DNA of 64,000 bases, from positions 41,552,464-41,616,463 of the forward strand of contig NC_043011.1 in the NCBI RefSeq assembly GCF_006345805.1. The letters run 5' to 3'. The first letter of the stretch is position 1, and each line of letters opens with the position of its first letter. The position numbers and the translations under genes were made by a program. Shown here piece after piece: positions 62,400 through 64,000 of this stretch. Under the pieces are notes generated by a model. That model did no database searches, was not told the DNA's origin, and saw only the letters and a program-made list of their open reading frames with translations. This DNA comes from Octopus sinensis. Lineage: Eukaryota.

Positions 62400-64000
62400 A
62401 TATCGTAATTTTCAAATACATATATATATATATATATATATACACATACGCACACACACACACATTTACATGATTTCTATCTGAAGGTGTTTTATTCGAA
62501 TGTATACGAGTGTACATATTGCCTGTAGAAGTGATATATATGTATGTATGTATGTATGTGTGTGTGTATATGTATGTATGTATGTATATATGTGTGTGTG
62601 TATATGTATGTATATGTATGTATGTATATATATGTGTGTGTGTGTGTATATGTATGTATATGTATGTATCTATGTATATATGTGTGTGTGTATATGTATG
62701 TATGTATGTATGTATATATGTGTATGTGTGTATGTATGTGTGTGTGTGTATATGTATGTATGTATGTATGTGTATGTATGTATGTATGTATGTATATATA
62801 TGTTACGCATTAATATGTGTGAGAATGGATAATTTTAAATACTTCAGACAGACCTATATAAAAAACTCTGAACAATGTTTTTTTTCCTCCTTTCTTTCAT
62901 TCGCAAATACAAATATAAAAGTATGTATGTATATATATAGATATATATAATATATATATATATATATATAATATATATATATATATACCCCACACTGTCG
63001 CATCTATCTTTACCTATATATCTACCTATACTCCACTTGTGTGCGTGTATAATGTAAATCTTCGATATGTATGAATACATCCACAAAACCATGCACTCGT
63101 GTGGGTGTTTGAGACATGTATGTATCTGTGTGTGTGTGTATATACATGTATATATATACATATATGCTGTCTTTACCATTCAATATGTACACCCAGTTAT
63201 CTCTCTCTCTCTCTCTCAATATATATATATATATACATACACACACACACATACCATAACACTTCATTTCGTATTATGATAATTAAGCGAATTGCTGTTA
63301 CGGCTTTGCTAAAATGGAATATTTAAACATACATATATTACATCTGTCTGTCTATCTATCTATCAGTCTGTCTGTCTATCTAGCTAGCTTTCTGTCTATT
63401 ATGTGTGTGTGTGTGTGTGTTCTCTTTACTGGCTTTAGTCATTGGACTGCGGCCATGTCGGGTTTAGCTTTGAAGGGTTTAGTTGATCACCTTAATCTAT
63501 TCGATCTCTCCTTATCAAACCACTAATTTTACAAGACAAAAATGCACACAACATGAATTAATCTGGTTCTCAGACCGTTACAGACATAAACACGACCCAC
63601 TTCCCTCCTCTCTTTCTATGTGTGTGTGTGCGTGCGAGTGTATAAAATGCTACGAGGTATTGGCTAACCTGAAAACATAGTAGTGGTTATATGTCAGAGG
63701 TGTTTTTCTGGAGGATCGAACGCGGAACCACGTGGTTACCAAGTGAGCTTCAATATACACTCTTAAACTGTGTATGTGTGTTTGTTTGTGTGTGTGTGTG
63801 TGTATATATATATATGTATGTATGTATACATACATACACACACACACACATTGATATATATATGAAAATATATACACATATTTACATGAAAATGTATAGA
63901 CTAAAAGAGCACGCACGTATGTATATTACATTCATACACTGTGGAGCAAAATAGACATCCTGTGTGCTTACATTATGTATCTATCCGTGTGTGTATGTAA
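62400..64000. repeat. (TA)n/(GTAT)n/(TG)n microsatellites with family-B SINE fragments (about 63425-63510 and 63700-63745)
   Basis: Visible repeats and SINE motifs gtcattggactgcggccatg and gaaccacgtggttaccaagtgagctt. Confidence 0.85.

Overview
AT-rich, extremely microsatellite-dense eukaryotic DNA, most likely a coleoid cephalopod (Octopus-like). This assignment is an inference from the tRNA-derived SINE families and the repeat texture. Nearly all ORFs in the supplied track are translation artefacts of (TA)n, (CA)n, (GA)n and (CAT)n repeats. The window is largely intronic or intergenic. It is filled with three tRNA-SINE families, RTE-type LINE 3' ends, CR1/L2 and R4/Dong-type LINE fragments, a decayed mariner, several MITEs (three copies of one GGATC-ended MITE with exact 8-bp TSDs), Helitron-like elements and minisatellites. 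One credible coding exon stands out: + strand 61285-61675, with an ATG, 130 codons and a G|GTGAGT donor; product not recognised. There are also weaker candidate exons of a - strand gene (36417-36529, 24641-24735, 20607-20731). The most interesting signal is a set of Penelope-type minimal hammerhead-ribozyme motifs. One sits inside a tRNA-headed SINE-like element (16761-16806) whose 5' end lies in a perfect 48-bp palindrome. Two more lie back-to-back in a perfect 115-bp inverted repeat (41715-41987), and a degenerate one is at about 44478-44520.
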